From assembly GCA_977018835.1 (NCBI GenBank), contig OZ361256.1, forward strand, positions 4,774,001 to 4,838,000: a stretch of 64,000 nt of DNA, read 5' to 3'. The notes below the pieces were generated by a model that saw nothing but the letters and a program-made list of their open reading frames with translations, did no database searches and was not told where the DNA came from. The stretch is from Minutocellus sp. GHC0000111 (taxonomy: Eukaryota). The position numbers were made by a program, and so were the translations under genes. Below, piece by piece: positions 1 to 12,223 of the stretch (position 1 is the stretch's first letter; every line of letters starts with the position of its first letter).

Positions 1-961
1 GATCAGCACGTATCTACAAGCTTATGTTCGCTCGTCGAAGAAAAGGTCGGAGCCACCACAACTTTTGACCTCAACGACACGACCTCCCGCTCTAGGTCTA
101 ATCGCGCTCGACAATCCTATACCCACCGTCGCGAATGGGCCCAAGTCGTGGCTCCGGCAGAGCTTGGACCATGTCTTCCAACCCGGTGGCGACAATTCCG
201 CCAAGGACCGTCCGTTCCGTATCCCCAGTATTTTGGGCACTCCTAACGACGCCCTTGACGATCGTCGTGCCAGTCTGACCTCGCTGGCATCGATGGAATC
301 GGAGCAAGTTGCCATCGAGGATGCTTTTAATCCCAAAAAGGAAACTCCAGGAATTGCCGAACATTCTGCACGCGTCACTGGCATCACCGCATCACCGAGG
401 CCAGCACCAAACAATACCAATGCCAGATCTTTTAGTAGCAGCAGTAGCGGCAGCGGCACCAGCAGCGGTGGCGCTGGATCTGAAATGGCCCAAAATGATT
501 CTCTATCCGTTAAAGACTTGTCTTGGCCTAGCCAAGAGGAACGTTAGGCCCTGAAGGAAATGCGGTCGAGGTCATCTAGCACCAAGGTTGACGATGATAC
601 TGTTGCGGCAGATGTGGTCGCCGACGGCAAAAATGAAGAAGATGAAGGCAACGACGACAACTCGATCCAACCGACGAGCGATGTCCTCGGGAACGACAGC
701 AGAAACAGCAACTCATCTCACGATACCGCCAGGGATGTCGACTTATTCTTTGATATGTTCAAATCTAAGGATGACGATTCACTTGGGAGTGAAGATGCTC
801 ACTATCACAAGCCGCCTCCTTCGAAGGGCGACATGAGTAAGGATGACATTATTGGCAAGGGTGACGCCAACAGCGCCTCGTCGCACAATTCTCTGGAAGG
901 AGGCAAGATATCTCTAAAAAGAATGCCCCACAGGAACTCGTGCGACGCTCAAGCAGCATAG
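1..961 (+). CDS. 3' part of an unknown low-complexity Ser/Asp-rich protein, truncated at the window edge, with one in-frame TAG at 545-547
   Basis: ORFs 65-547 and 560-961 are in the same frame and separated by a single TAG. No recognisable domain. Confidence 0.4.
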
Positions 962-1117
962 ACATGATCACATCAGTGCAAATTTGAATAGGGTTCAATC
1001 ATTGATTTGCTATAACTTCTAGGGCGCTTTTGATAATAGTCAAACTATTGTCTACACCACTGAATCACACAATAGGTAAAAAGTTTCTTTGTTATTTCAT
1101 TAAATACAGGACAAGTC

Positions 1118-4100
1118 TTAAGCATCGGCTTCCTCCTCCAAATGCGTTTCAAGATCACCAATCTTCTCATCCAACATTTCTCTGGTACTCTTGAGCTTCC
1201 TGAGGGATTCAAATATGTTTACGCCTCCTTTTTGTTGCATCATTTGCCTTGGATTGGCTCGCACCGGCGGGAGGGGTACCGAACCATCAATTCTACCGGT
1301 CAAGATGTACGTCTCCATTTCACCTTTGCCTTTCACATGAATTGTTCCTCGCGACTCGAAGCTAAATGACTTCCCCGCCTTATCTTGCACATCCTTTGTG
1401 CACTGGATCTTGCCGGGAATACCCGTACTTTCCATTCGACTCGCTAGGTTGACGCTGCACACACGTACGCATGTAAGCCGTAGGATACAAGAATTGGTGA
1501 TTGATTAGACGATATGACACAGAGATAGATAGAGCGAGAAAACAAAAGACATCACATCATCATTATACTACTCACGTGTCTCCCCATAAATCATAGAGAA
1601 ATCGCTTGGTACCCACAACACCAGCGACAACGGGACCGACGTTGATGCCGACCCTGAGATTCATTGTCTTGCTCGAATTTCTTCGATTGTAGTCATGAAG
1701 AGCCTCAATCATTTCTAGTCCGAACGAACACATGTGAATGCATTCATCAACTTTCGACTCTACTCCGGGGTGGGATGTAACCATGTCTACGAAATGATGA
1801 TAAGTTCGAAAGGAAGGAAAGGCACGCTGTGAGCTCTCCATGCGGTGCATATTTCATCGCACAGTCCAAATAATTACGCTAGCTACATCACAGTACTCAC
1901 AACAATCTCCGATTGTTTTGACTTTGTTGAGGTCATACTTTTCAACTAGGACGTCGAACATGCTGTAAACGGAACGGGGGCAAATAAATAAAGGAGTGAG
2001 GTGAAATGTTTTAAGTGAACCAAGACTTTTGGCATGATCTCCATGCTGTACTTCGTCATAATTATTAATAAAAGGAAAAATACATACCTGAACAAGTCAT
2101 TGAGCATCTTCACAACTTCAACAGGGGACATCGTCGAGCTCATCTTCGTGAACCCTACGATATCTGCAAACAGAATTGCTACATTTGGGTAGTGGTCCGC
2201 AATGTGTCCGGGGTCTTTCTTTAGGCGTAGCGCCACGTCCTGAGGAAGCATGTTGAGTAAAAGCGCCTCAGCTTTTGCTGATTCTACTTCGACCTCGAGT
2301 AATTTCTTCTGAGTCGTCAGATCTTCAATGAAAGCTGCAAACATTTTGGCCTTGCCGGTGTATTCTACTTCTGTGACCCCCAGCAAGATAGGAAATATCG
2401 TTCCATCTTTCTTGGCGGCAGTAAGCTCTCCCTTTTTGCCCAATAGTCTACTTTTGCCCGTTTCAAGATAGCGCAAGAGGTAGGAATCATGACGGTCTTT
2501 GTGCTCCGGTGGACGGATCATCTGTAGGAAACAAGGAGAAAAGAAAGAAAAACAATTTGTAATTTGCTAGTTTGTGTTCAATCGCGAAAAACAAGGCGCC
2601 GCACACAACTGTGATCATAGCGCTTACATTGATATTTTGCCCAAGGAATTCGTCCCTATGTGCCATGTGACGTGTAGAAATAAAAAAATAAATAATTGAT
2701 GAGAAAGAGCGCATTGCATGTATGTAAAAAAGAAAAATTCCAAGACGATAACCACACAAATATTCCATGTATTCTATACTCACCGAGTGTAGCCAAATCG
2801 TCGCACTGCTGCTTCGTTCACCATGAGAATTTTCCCTTCTTCATTCACAGCAAACATGGCCGCAAAAGATGCTTCAACAATGCCCTTCATTCGACTTTCT
2901 CCCCGCAAAATCTCTGCTTCTCTTGCCTTACGCCAGGTGAGATCTTTGAGGAATCCACAGAAGAGTCTTTCTCCACTGCCGTTCTCAGTGCGGACTTCAG
3001 TCAAGCCGAGCTCAATCCAAAATTCACTCCCATCCTTCCGCCTTGCAGGCAGCTCACGGCGGAGTCCCATGACTCTCTTCTCCCCGGTGCGGAGATATCT
3101 TGCAAGGTAATCGTTGTGTCTCTCAGCATGTCCACCGCTATTTCAAGAAGGAGAGCAAGAAGAGAGTTAGGCGATACAACGAATGCACACACCTTTTTCT
3201 CAATGCGACTTGACCATTTCATCCCTGCACTTACCCTACAAGCATGCTGACGTTATGTCCCACCAGCTCAGATCTGGCCCAACCAAACTGCTCTTCAGCA
3301 GCATTTTCACCATCTGGATGATGCCCTTTTCATTGATGACAACAAGTGCATCAAAAGACGACTCAAGAATGCCTGTCGTCAGCTTTTCTCGCTGCTTCAA
3401 GCGACTCAAGTCGCGCAAAAAGCCAACAAACTGTCGCTCCTCGCCCTTCTCAACCTCCAACTCAGCGAGCCCCAATTCGATTACCATTTCGCTGCCATCG
3501 GCACGCCTGGCCGAGAGCTCGCGACGGAGTCCCATCGCCCGCTTTTCGCCTGTTCTCAAGAAGCGCTTAATGTATTCATCATGAGAGTTGGCATGTCCTC
3601 CACCGACAACAAGTGAAATGTTGCATCCAATGAGCTGCTCCTTCGTGTAGCCCAGCTGGTCGATAGCGGCCTTATTTGCCATTGTAACGATCCCGCGCTC
3701 ATTGATTGCAAACAGCGGATCGAATGATGCATCGATAACGCCAGTAGTGAGTCGCTGCTGGCGCTTGATGTCAGTAAGATCTCGCAAGAAGCCCGTAAAC
3801 AACCTATCCTCATTCTCCTCGGTAAACACCTCGGTCAGGTACAGCTCAATGGGGATCTCCGATCCATCGCGTCTCCGAGCATGAAGTTCGCGCTTCTTGC
3901 CCATAACGCGCCTCTCTCCGGTGCGCAGGTACCGTGCGATGTATTCATCGTGTCGCTCCGAATGGCCGCCGCCGACCAGTATGGAAATATTCGAGCCTAA
4001 TAGCTCCTCTTCCGACCAGCCAAACTGATCCACGGTGGCTCGGTTGACCATCTGGATTATACCGCGCTCGTCTATGGTCAAGCAGGGGTCGAACGAGGCG

Positions 4101-4663
4101 GCAATAATGCTTGCCGTCAGACGCTCCTTGCGCTTAATGTCCGTCTTCGCCTCTTCAAGGAGTCGGCGTCCCGATCCCCTGCGCACCATCCCCTTTTGCT
4201 GGGCATAGACAAAAAGGTAATCACTGGAGCTGCCAGGAGGAGACACACCGCAGTTGGAGCAACTGCATGCCCCAACCTTGGCCATGCTGACCGTAACGGC
4301 GAAACCGTCTCCGGAGCTCATTGTGCCCACTCCCTCCAATTGTAGACGTCCACTGTCCATCTTGGCAAGTACATCTCGCCACAATAAAGGCTCATCGTCC
4401 TCAGTATCCGCCGCTCCTTCACCATCCTTCTGCTCGGCATCTTCCTCCTTTTCAAAAAAAGAAACGCAATCGAAGATCCGCATCTCCCCGGAAGCTGGCT
4501 CGGCAGAGCCGCTCGGCCAGTCAAACATTCGAGATGCCACCTCATTGTACCGCAAAATCCTACCACTCTCAGCGTGTACGAGGAGGGCGGACACAATCGA
4601 GGCATCGAGGACCGGCACGAGGGACGGACACACCGAATGCCCAGGATCGGAATCTTGTGTCAT
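1118..4663 (-). CDS. Soluble class III adenylyl cyclase with one degenerate and four FixL-like heme-PAS domains (multi-exon; frameshift near 3305)
   Basis: PAS motifs GGGHSERHDEY, GGGHANSHDEY, GGGHAERHNDY and PPEHKDRHDSY. Helix LLLNMLPQDVA. Cyclase motifs LFADIVGFT, KVKTIGDCY, GPVVAGVVG, YDLWGDTVNLASRMES. GT-AG introns read at 2087-1963, 1900-1787 and 1575-1455. Confidence 0.9.
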
Positions 4664-5197
4664 CTCGTGCTAAAATTCCGAGGCCACACGCACACGCACA
4701 CGCACAAAATAAAATACACCAGCGCTTCGTGCAAGTAGATTCGAATTGTTGATAAAACGATTTGGTGACACTATGTAGTAGCTACCTTCCTGGTGAACGA
4801 ATACGAGGAGCACGCGAGTAGATCGTATCCGAGTGCGAAGGTTGACACACAAGATAAGAGCCGTGTGGCGATGGCCGTTGTCCGCTGCTTGATTTCATTC
4901 TCCTATCATGATGACGTGCACGAAATACCTTCCAGTCTGAGAAAGTTTCCAGGGCCCCCCCGCTGCTGCACCGCCATTGACTTCACCCTCGACTGCAATG
5001 CTCCCAGGTACATGTAAAGGCTGCGTAGTTATGAACACGTAGTTGGCAAAAAAAGGATTACTACTCTTTAGCTTTGTTAATTCATAGCGATAGATCTACC
5101 AAAACATGTTACGTGTACGGGTGCATCGCACGCAGCGCACTTTGTCTTTCTTCTTTCCGCCAGCACAACACCGGAAAAAATAATATCAGAAGCAGCC

Positions 5198-6259
5198 TCA
5201 GTCATCCAAACCAAGTCTTCGCTTGGCATCGTCTCTAGCATCACGGATAATTTTCACGGCTGTAGGTGCATCGTCGACCCAAAGCTCCGATTTGACCATG
5301 CACGGACAGCAAACGTCCGGACAGCACACCGGGATGCAAACTCGATTGTCTCGGCCTCGGATGCAGCACGAGAAGCAAAAGGTCGATTCGATCTGCACCT
5401 GCTCCCCCCGTCCACCGCAGCAGAAGGTCATACACGTGTTGCAGCATCGGGTGTCATTCCGAACGTCGTCAAAATGTATGTCGTCAAAGTACAGGACGGT
5501 CACATTGTCCATAACCGCCAGCTCGGTGCAGGATTGGCCGCAGCAAGAACCCTTGGCCGGTTGCATGCTGGGATTATTCCACTCGATACCATTCTCCCTC
5601 ACGATGATACTGTTGATCGATTGGAAGATTGTGAAATGCAATGGCAGTGAGAAAAAAGTATAAAATGTACATAAGATAAAATGCAGTCATACAGATTGCA
5701 CATTACTTACTACCTGGACGCATTCATTTCATTGACAATGTACTCGGGATAGTCGTAGCAGCAAAGGAACGACGCCAGGATGGGGCAGTTGTCCGGCGCA
5801 TAGCAACAAGTGATGCATCCCGTTTCTCTTTGGCCTGGTTCGATGGTGTGGGTGATCTTAACTGTAGTTGCAGGGGTCGGTCCGGTGCAATGCAATGACG
5901 ATGACGATAAACAAAAATGCAACATGAGGAGCGATTTGAGTGAGCAAGGAATGACCGGAAAGAAGCCAGCGACATATCGGTGCACTCCAACAAAGATTGG
6001 TGTGTGTGTTTGCATCTCATAAGTGATATGCCAGCGCTCCATTGGATAACTCGTGAGGTGCAGTGGCAGACCCGGCAACCGCATCAGGCACGAAGCATAG
6101 AATAGCATGCGCGGGCAATCGATTGTCTTGGAACGCTCATTTATTTCGGCACTCGCATTCAAACACATGGCACGCATGACACTTACTCCGATCCCCGGCG
6201 ACGCGGGAGAGCATCCGCCGGTCCTCGACGATGAAGGGGATGTCCTCAACGTTGGCCAT
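5198..6259 (-). CDS. Cys-rich protein of unknown function (multi-exon)
   Basis: Co-oriented segments (MANVEDIPF..., GCITCCYAPDNC..., VRENGIEWN...CCNTCMTFCC) separated by intron-like AT-rich gaps. Exon borders are approximate. Confidence 0.55.
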
Positions 6260-6497
6260 GGTGTTGTCGGCACGAAAAATGAAACGGCAACTAACTTTCG
6301 GCTCGCATTCTGATGATGACAAAAACTTACATCAGAAAAACACTGTACCGACGAAGGACGGACGATTTTTTGACCAGATAGCCGAACGAAACCACCACAA
6401 CCGCTTGGGTCTCGAAGGAGAGATACGAAGTGTGAATACATGAATACATATCTCACCGACCCAACGGCGCAACCTTGAACAATTAGATCCACCACTC

Positions 6498-8423
6498 ATG
6501 CCCGGAAGAGGGAGAGGTCCTCCCGGTAGAGGCGGTCGCGGACCCTACGGCGGAGGCTTCGGACCGCCGGGCGGACCTGGGCCTGGCCGGGGAGGGCCGA
6601 GAGGCCGAGGAGGAGGTGGACCAGGCGGACAGGGTGGGGGACATCCTGGAGGCGGCGGCTACGGCGGATACGACAATAGGGGAGATCGGGGAGGTGAGTT
6701 TCATTTTTGTTTGTGACGATCGCATCGTATCCGTTGTTTTTGTGTGCCAGCGTATCTTGAGTGCTGGCACATGTACCTGGTATTACGGTTCTTCTCTTTT
6801 TGTCACATCGTCGGGTTGGGAAAGAAGAATAGGACAACAGTGAGAAAGAGGTCCATTCTTTCCAAATACCATTCATCATGGTTGTCGTCTCATCACTGTC
6901 ATCTCACAAACATATATGTTTCATATTATATTTTGAATATGTCGGTTGATACCTTTCTTTCAGGGAGAGGACCACCCGGTGGTGGCCGAGGAGGACCCGG
7001 TGGCGGCCGAGGCCGCGGCGGCGGTGGCATCGGCCCGCCTTCTCGCGGCGGACCCGGCCCGATGGGCGGCGGTATGGACAGCACGTACGGTCCGGCCGGT
7101 GCTTCGGGTGGTCGGGGCCGCGGTGGGATGGGAGGACCAGGACCGGGAGGACGGGGCGGTCGTGGCGGCGGCCGAGGAGGTGGAGGATTTGGACCACCGT
7201 CGGGAGGAGGGAGAGGACCCGGCGGCGGTTTTGGTCCAGGACCTGGTGGACCTGGTCCCGGCCCCTATGGTGGCGGAGACGATTACAGCATGCACAGCGG
7301 TCACAGTGGACACAGCGGCCCTGGTGGGCACGGCGGTCCGCCTCCGCCTCATCACATTCGGGACGGTGTCGGTGGTCATGGCAATCCAAGAGATCATGTT
7401 GGGCATTATGGCGATCAGCGCGGTGGTGGAGGAGGTGGAGGGCCTCAAGTGGGAAGAAATCCTTCGTTTGATCAATCATTCCCCCCTCATAGCGGCGGCG
7501 GCGGAGGAGGAGGACCAGGCCGTGGCTTTGGCTCCTCTCGACCTGGTCCTCCACCCCGACCGCACCACCCACAGTCGCAGCAATCACAACACCAGCAACA
7601 GGATCGATATGGGCATGGTCGGGATGGATTTGGAAACGACCGCGGAGGTGGTGGCGGTGGTGGCTTCGGACCTCCTCCCTCCCAACATTCCTACTCGAAT
7701 CAGGGCCCTCCACCGCCACAGCGGCAAAATCATCAGGGCCCGAATCAGGCACAATACGATAGATCGCCAGGACCTCGTGGTGGTGGTGGCCGAACAGGTG
7801 GCGGTGTCGTCGGCGGTGGTGGTATGGGTCCAAGTGGAGCTGTACATCCTCCGGCAAAGAGAAGAGCCCCAGATTATGAGCCAAGAATGGGAGGAGGAGG
7901 AGGCGGGGGCGGTTTTGGAGCCCCTCGGCCGAAGAATAACGACGCCGTAGGACCTCCACCGGCATCATCGTCTCGACCGATGCAACACCAGCAACACAAA
8001 CAAGGTCCACCGATGGCATCTCCGAGGGCAAGGCCAAACGAATCTGTTGGGAAGCCTCCAGCACCGGCACCGTCTGCTAGCAAAACGGCGAGCCCACGTA
8101 AGACCCAGCAAAAGGCAGAGCCACCGAAGAAGAAACAACCGGAGGAACCCAAGGTACCAGCGCGGCCACCCTCTCCGGCACCAGCTGATCCGTCGTCCAA
8201 ATTTGTGGCACAGACCCGGCTGGTCGCATTGCGAACGCAGATGGAGTTTCGCCATGCTGCACTTCTCAAGCTCAATCGAGAGTTGGAGATCATTCGTGCC
8301 AAGCGAGCAGTTTTGGAGAAGCTTCCTGTCGGTATGGATGCTATCCGCGAGGAATACGACCGTCTGTATGGCAAAACAGACGAGGGTGCTGCCGAAGGTG
8401 CTGCAGCAGAAGCGGGGCAATAA
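6498..8423 (+). CDS. RGG/Gly-Pro-rich low-complexity protein with a C-terminal coiled coil (putative RNA-binding)
   Basis: Exon 1 is 6498-6693, followed by a GT-AG intron at 6694-6963. Many RGG/RGRG repeats. Helical C-terminus. Confidence 0.7.
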
Positions 8424-8575
8424 AAATTCGCTTAAATACTAATAGGCTGAGCTTACCATGACATAGTATTGAAAGATTTAAGTTGGGTTACTTGTATGCA
8501 TTTTTCGATAATTTTCTTTGTACAGTACAACAAACGATGAGGTTCTCTTCTTCTCGCTCGAGTCGCGCTCGGTAT

Positions 8576-11500
8576 CTAAAAGTTGAGTCTCGAGACTCCT
8601 TCCATGGCTGAGATTTTCATATCGTGCACGTCCATGCATCCAGGCCAGACCTCTCTCCAACTATTTCTCATTTCATGGCTAAGTTCATGGTGGTTTCTGT
8701 CGAACTCGACCGGACTGCCGGCGAAGCAAACGATGACGGCATTGACCGCACTGCTAATGAGTCCAAATAGAACGCTCGATACGATCAAGCCAATCACCAA
8801 GCCAGCGAGAAATGCCACCAGGGAAGACGATGACTCTGGCATCGCCACGAATTGGAAGTTCTCCAGAACCTCAACAAGCACGGCAAACAGGCCCGTGACG
8901 CCACCAATGACCAGACTCAATATGAACAACACGTTGGGAATCAGGTCATCTGTTACAATCATGCTCCATCCACGCCTGCGGAATAACTCCGTCGCGTGAT
9001 GTCCTGCTTCCAAGAATCCATAGCCGTATAGGCCAACATAGGTAAACGCCCAAGGATTGAAACTTTCTGCGAGGCCATCGATGCAGGACACGAGACACTC
9101 CTGGAAGCAAACGAGACATTCGTGAAGGCACATCAACACTGTTTCATCTCTATTGGGACGCATGGGCTCCACGAATTGACGGAGTATTTGTACAAATCCA
9201 ACCAAGAGACTACCAAAGCAAATCGATCCGAACGACAGGACAGTGGACCTCTGGAACGAGAACATGAGCTCCTTCGAACAAGGAGACGTCGCCTCTGTCT
9301 CAGGTTTGAACCACCAACTGCCAATCACGCCAGCTACGGTCACTTGCACGACGTGACAAAGCACCTGATACGTCCAGTAATAAGCCAGGCCGACACCGAC
9401 AAACGCCAGCACCTTGGTCCATCCACTGAGATTCAAGTCGCCGAATAGGATGGCATCGTAAAGGCCGATGCCAGCAAATGCGTAATAGATGCTAACCGCA
9501 AGAGCAATGGCCTGAAAGCAAAACGTTACCCCAACGAGTCCTAGGTTGACCCGAATGCCGCACAAAGCTGTCCGGAGGTTTGCCGTTGCAAAAGGGATTC
9601 GGTCATAAACGACGAAGAAGTAACCAATGCTGAGAGCAAGAGCAACAATGCCCGTGACGGGAACGAAGGATCTGGGACTTAGCCCAATACCAATAGTTCC
9701 CCAAGCAAAGGCCATACCGATGGAGAAAATGAGCGCCACTTGGACGAGACGACGGGATATCGCCATCATGATGAGCAGGGCCAAGGCAGACGTAGCAACG
9801 GCAAACGCACCAGACAGGCAGCCAACAGTGATAAAATTGCGATACGTTGTGATGTGATCCTCTGTGCGCATGTCGTTTATTCCGACTCCATGCAAAGCAT
9901 CTCTACTGTACCGGATGCCAATGTACGCAATAGCCGCCACCTGAGCGCAGAACAAAAGGGCAAACAGAATGTCACGACAGCGCCTGGTTTGTTCGACGCC
10001 CTTGACGTTGTCCATGAAGAGCTCTACCGATTCCTGCCTCATGTGCATCTTGCGATGAGTGCTGGCCGATCGCTTGTGGCTGTGCCGTCCACTGCGATGA
10101 CCGCTGTGATGATGACCAAAATGCTGAGGCAGAAACGCGTCGGTCTCACCAGGCGGAGCCTCGTAAACGCCCATGCCCCCCGATTGACCTGGGGACATCA
10201 TCGGGGCGCCGGGCGAGGTGTAGGCCGGAGGAGCTGGTGAGAGCGGAGGAGCATTGATCGCAGCATGATGCGCCTGGAGCTGTTGGAGCTGATGCTGGAA
10301 GTCCTCCTCGGTCATGGCCCGGCTCTCCCGCAGCGGCGAGAGATGTGTCATCGGTGAGCTGCCCATATCGGGCCCACCCCAAGAATTGGTCCTGCCACGT
10401 TGTCCTGTCATTATGGGCATGCCGCCAGGAGACAGACCTGCAGATGCGGCGGCAGCACCGGGGGAACCGTAGTACATATTCCCAGACGGGCTTACAGGTG
10501 GCCTATACGAAGGACTTTGGCCTGCTAGGGCAAGGAGCTCCCTCCTTGCCGAGAAGTTGGCCGACGGTGTGATTGGACCACCACCACCTCCACCGCCACC
10601 TGGGCTGCCGCCTTTGGTGTATTGATCCATCGAGCCGTATCCCACCGGTGGAGCTCCTGGAGATCCAAACATGTTGGCACCGGCCGGAGCCGACGTGGAC
10701 TTTTGCAACCTCGTTCGTCCATCCTTCCGCCTCGACGACTTGGACGGAGGCGTCACAAAGTCCGACGGTGGCGTGGTGCCAAGGGCGGCAGGAGGCGTAG
10801 TCATGGGCGGTGCACCCAATCCCATCCCCCTACCAGGTGGTGACATTCGGGGAGACTTGGGAGGCATACCGCCAGCACCGCTACTTGTATTGATATTGGC
10901 CGGTCGGTACGGTGGGATCTGCCGACCGTAGTACTGCGCCTGCGCCTGAGCGTATTGCTGCTGAAAGGCCAGCTGGGCCTGCTGTTGGATGTACATCTGC
11001 TCGTAGTACTCGGCGTCGGCCGAGTGGGCACGATTCCGATGCTTGCGCGACGAGGAGGACTTGGACGTGGATGATGACTTGCCTCCGCTACCGCCGTTGC
11101 CATTGCTGTTGTTGGCGGCGTGGATGGCACCGCCGCCATGGCTGCGATGAGACCGATGGCCGCGATGACGACGCGATTTGCGGCCTTCGGAATGAGAATG
11201 ACGACGGGGCACCTGCTGCTGTAGCTGTTGCTGTTGTTGCGACTGCTGCGCCATCATCATCTGATCCTGCTGCTGCATCGTCATGAGATGACGCTGCATC
11301 TCCTCGTCCGAGAAGGATCGCTTGTGGCTGTGACCTGATTGCTGTGCCTTTTGATGATTCTGATTCTCGCTGGGCTGCTTACTAGTAGGACCGCCCGACG
11401 AACCGGGCATATCCACCGACACGGCCGTGCTGCGGGGACTGTCGTCGTCAATGGCGGTCCCGGGATGCTGCGGATTTTCGCCAGTCGTGTCGTCGCTCAT

Positions 11501-11653
11501 GGTCCCGATGCTGAGAGTGCTGTTGCTAGAAGTGGCCGTCGTCGATCGTTTGTGAGCCGCGTAGAGATTGTTGCTATTGTGTGGATCCACCTTCTTCGAT
11601 GGAGGTGGAGCCGGCGGTACTTCAGCTCCCGACGACTCGGCGTTGGGTGGCAT
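8576..11653 (-). CDS. Choline transporter-like protein (CTL/SLC44/PNS1 family) with a long disordered N-terminus
   Basis: 1025-aa ORF with CRDILFALLF, SFGSICFGSLLV and FNPWAFTYVGLYGYGF motifs and about 10 hydrophobic helices. Confidence 0.85.
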   Translation of the reverse strand: MPPNAESSGAEVPPAPPPSKKVDPHNSNNLYAAHKRSTTATSSNSTLSIGTMSDDTTGENPQHPGTAIDDDSPRSTAVSVDMPGSSGGPTSKQPSENQNHQKAQQSGHSHKRSFSDEEMQRHLMTMQQQDQMMMAQQSQQQQQLQQQVPRRHSHSEGRKSRRHRGHRSHRSHGGGAIHAANNSNGNGGSGGKSSSTSKSSSSRKHRNRAHSADAEYYEQMYIQQQAQLAFQQQYAQAQAQYYGRQIPPYRPANINTSSGAGGMPPKSPRMSPPGRGMGLGAPPMTTPPAALGTTPPSDFVTPPSKSSRRKDGRTRLQKSTSAPAGANMFGSPGAPPVGYGSMDQYTKGGSPGGGGGGGGPITPSANFSARRELLALAGQSPSYRPPVSPSGNMYYGSPGAAAASAGLSPGGMPIMTGQRGRTNSWGGPDMGSSPMTHLSPLRESRAMTEEDFQHQLQQLQAHHAAINAPPLSPAPPAYTSPGAPMMSPGQSGGMGVYEAPPGETDAFLPQHFGHHHSGHRSGRHSHKRSASTHRKMHMRQESVELFMDNVKGVEQTRRCRDILFALLFCAQVAAIAYIGIRYSRDALHGVGINDMRTEDHITTYRNFITVGCLSGAFAVATSALALLIMMAISRRLVQVALIFSIGMAFAWGTIGIGLSPRSFVPVTGIVALALSIGYFFVVYDRIPFATANLRTALCGIRVNLGLVGVTFCFQAIALAVSIYYAFAGIGLYDAILFGDLNLSGWTKVLAFVGVGLAYYWTYQVLCHVVQVTVAGVIGSWWFKPETEATSPCSKELMFSFQRSTVLSFGSICFGSLLVGFVQILRQFVEPMRPNRDETVLMCLHECLVCFQECLVSCIDGLAESFNPWAFTYVGLYGYGFLEAGHHATELFRRRGWSMIVTDDLIPNVLFILSLVIGGVTGLFAVLVEVLENFQFVAMPESSSSLVAFLAGLVIGLIVSSVLFGLISSAVNAVIVCFAGSPVEFDRNHHELSHEMRNSWREVWPGCMDVHDMKISAMEGVSRLNF

Positions 11654-12223
11654 GTGTGTGGTGTGATGTGATTTTTCACTCTTCTCTCGCCTCTCGCCTC
11701 GTCATAAGATGTGCCGGTTCAGGAAACTGAAACAATTCAGCGGCAGACTCCCCTCCAGCAGAGGTCTAGTTTGATTTCCGCTTGCAGTCAATCACCTTCC
11801 GGCAATATAATTATTATAGACGAGAACCTTCTTAGATTCTCCGCTCCGCTTTTCGTGTGAAACTTTACGGATCTTGGATGGCGGCCGCACTTAGTTGTGA
11901 CGAAATGCAAATCCAAGCGAATCACTTTTGGATCGGATCAGGACAAGGCGCAAATATATGCGCGAAGGAAGGGGATTCAATTGAGCGCTACGGCAATAAC
12001 AAAGTGCAGAGCTACGCTGTCGTTTCTCTGTCTGTGGCAAACCTCTCACTTGTGAAGGGAGCCTGAGGCCTGAGGCCTTTTTCTTCCAGAAGTTGGCGGA
12101 TTGCGGGAGGCAAGGAAGGAGCCAACACAACGGACAGAACCGGCAGGCTCGCCTACCTTTGGCAAACCTACTGTACCCTTCTACCCTTCTTCTATCGATC
12201 GGACTGATACAAATCTACCGACG

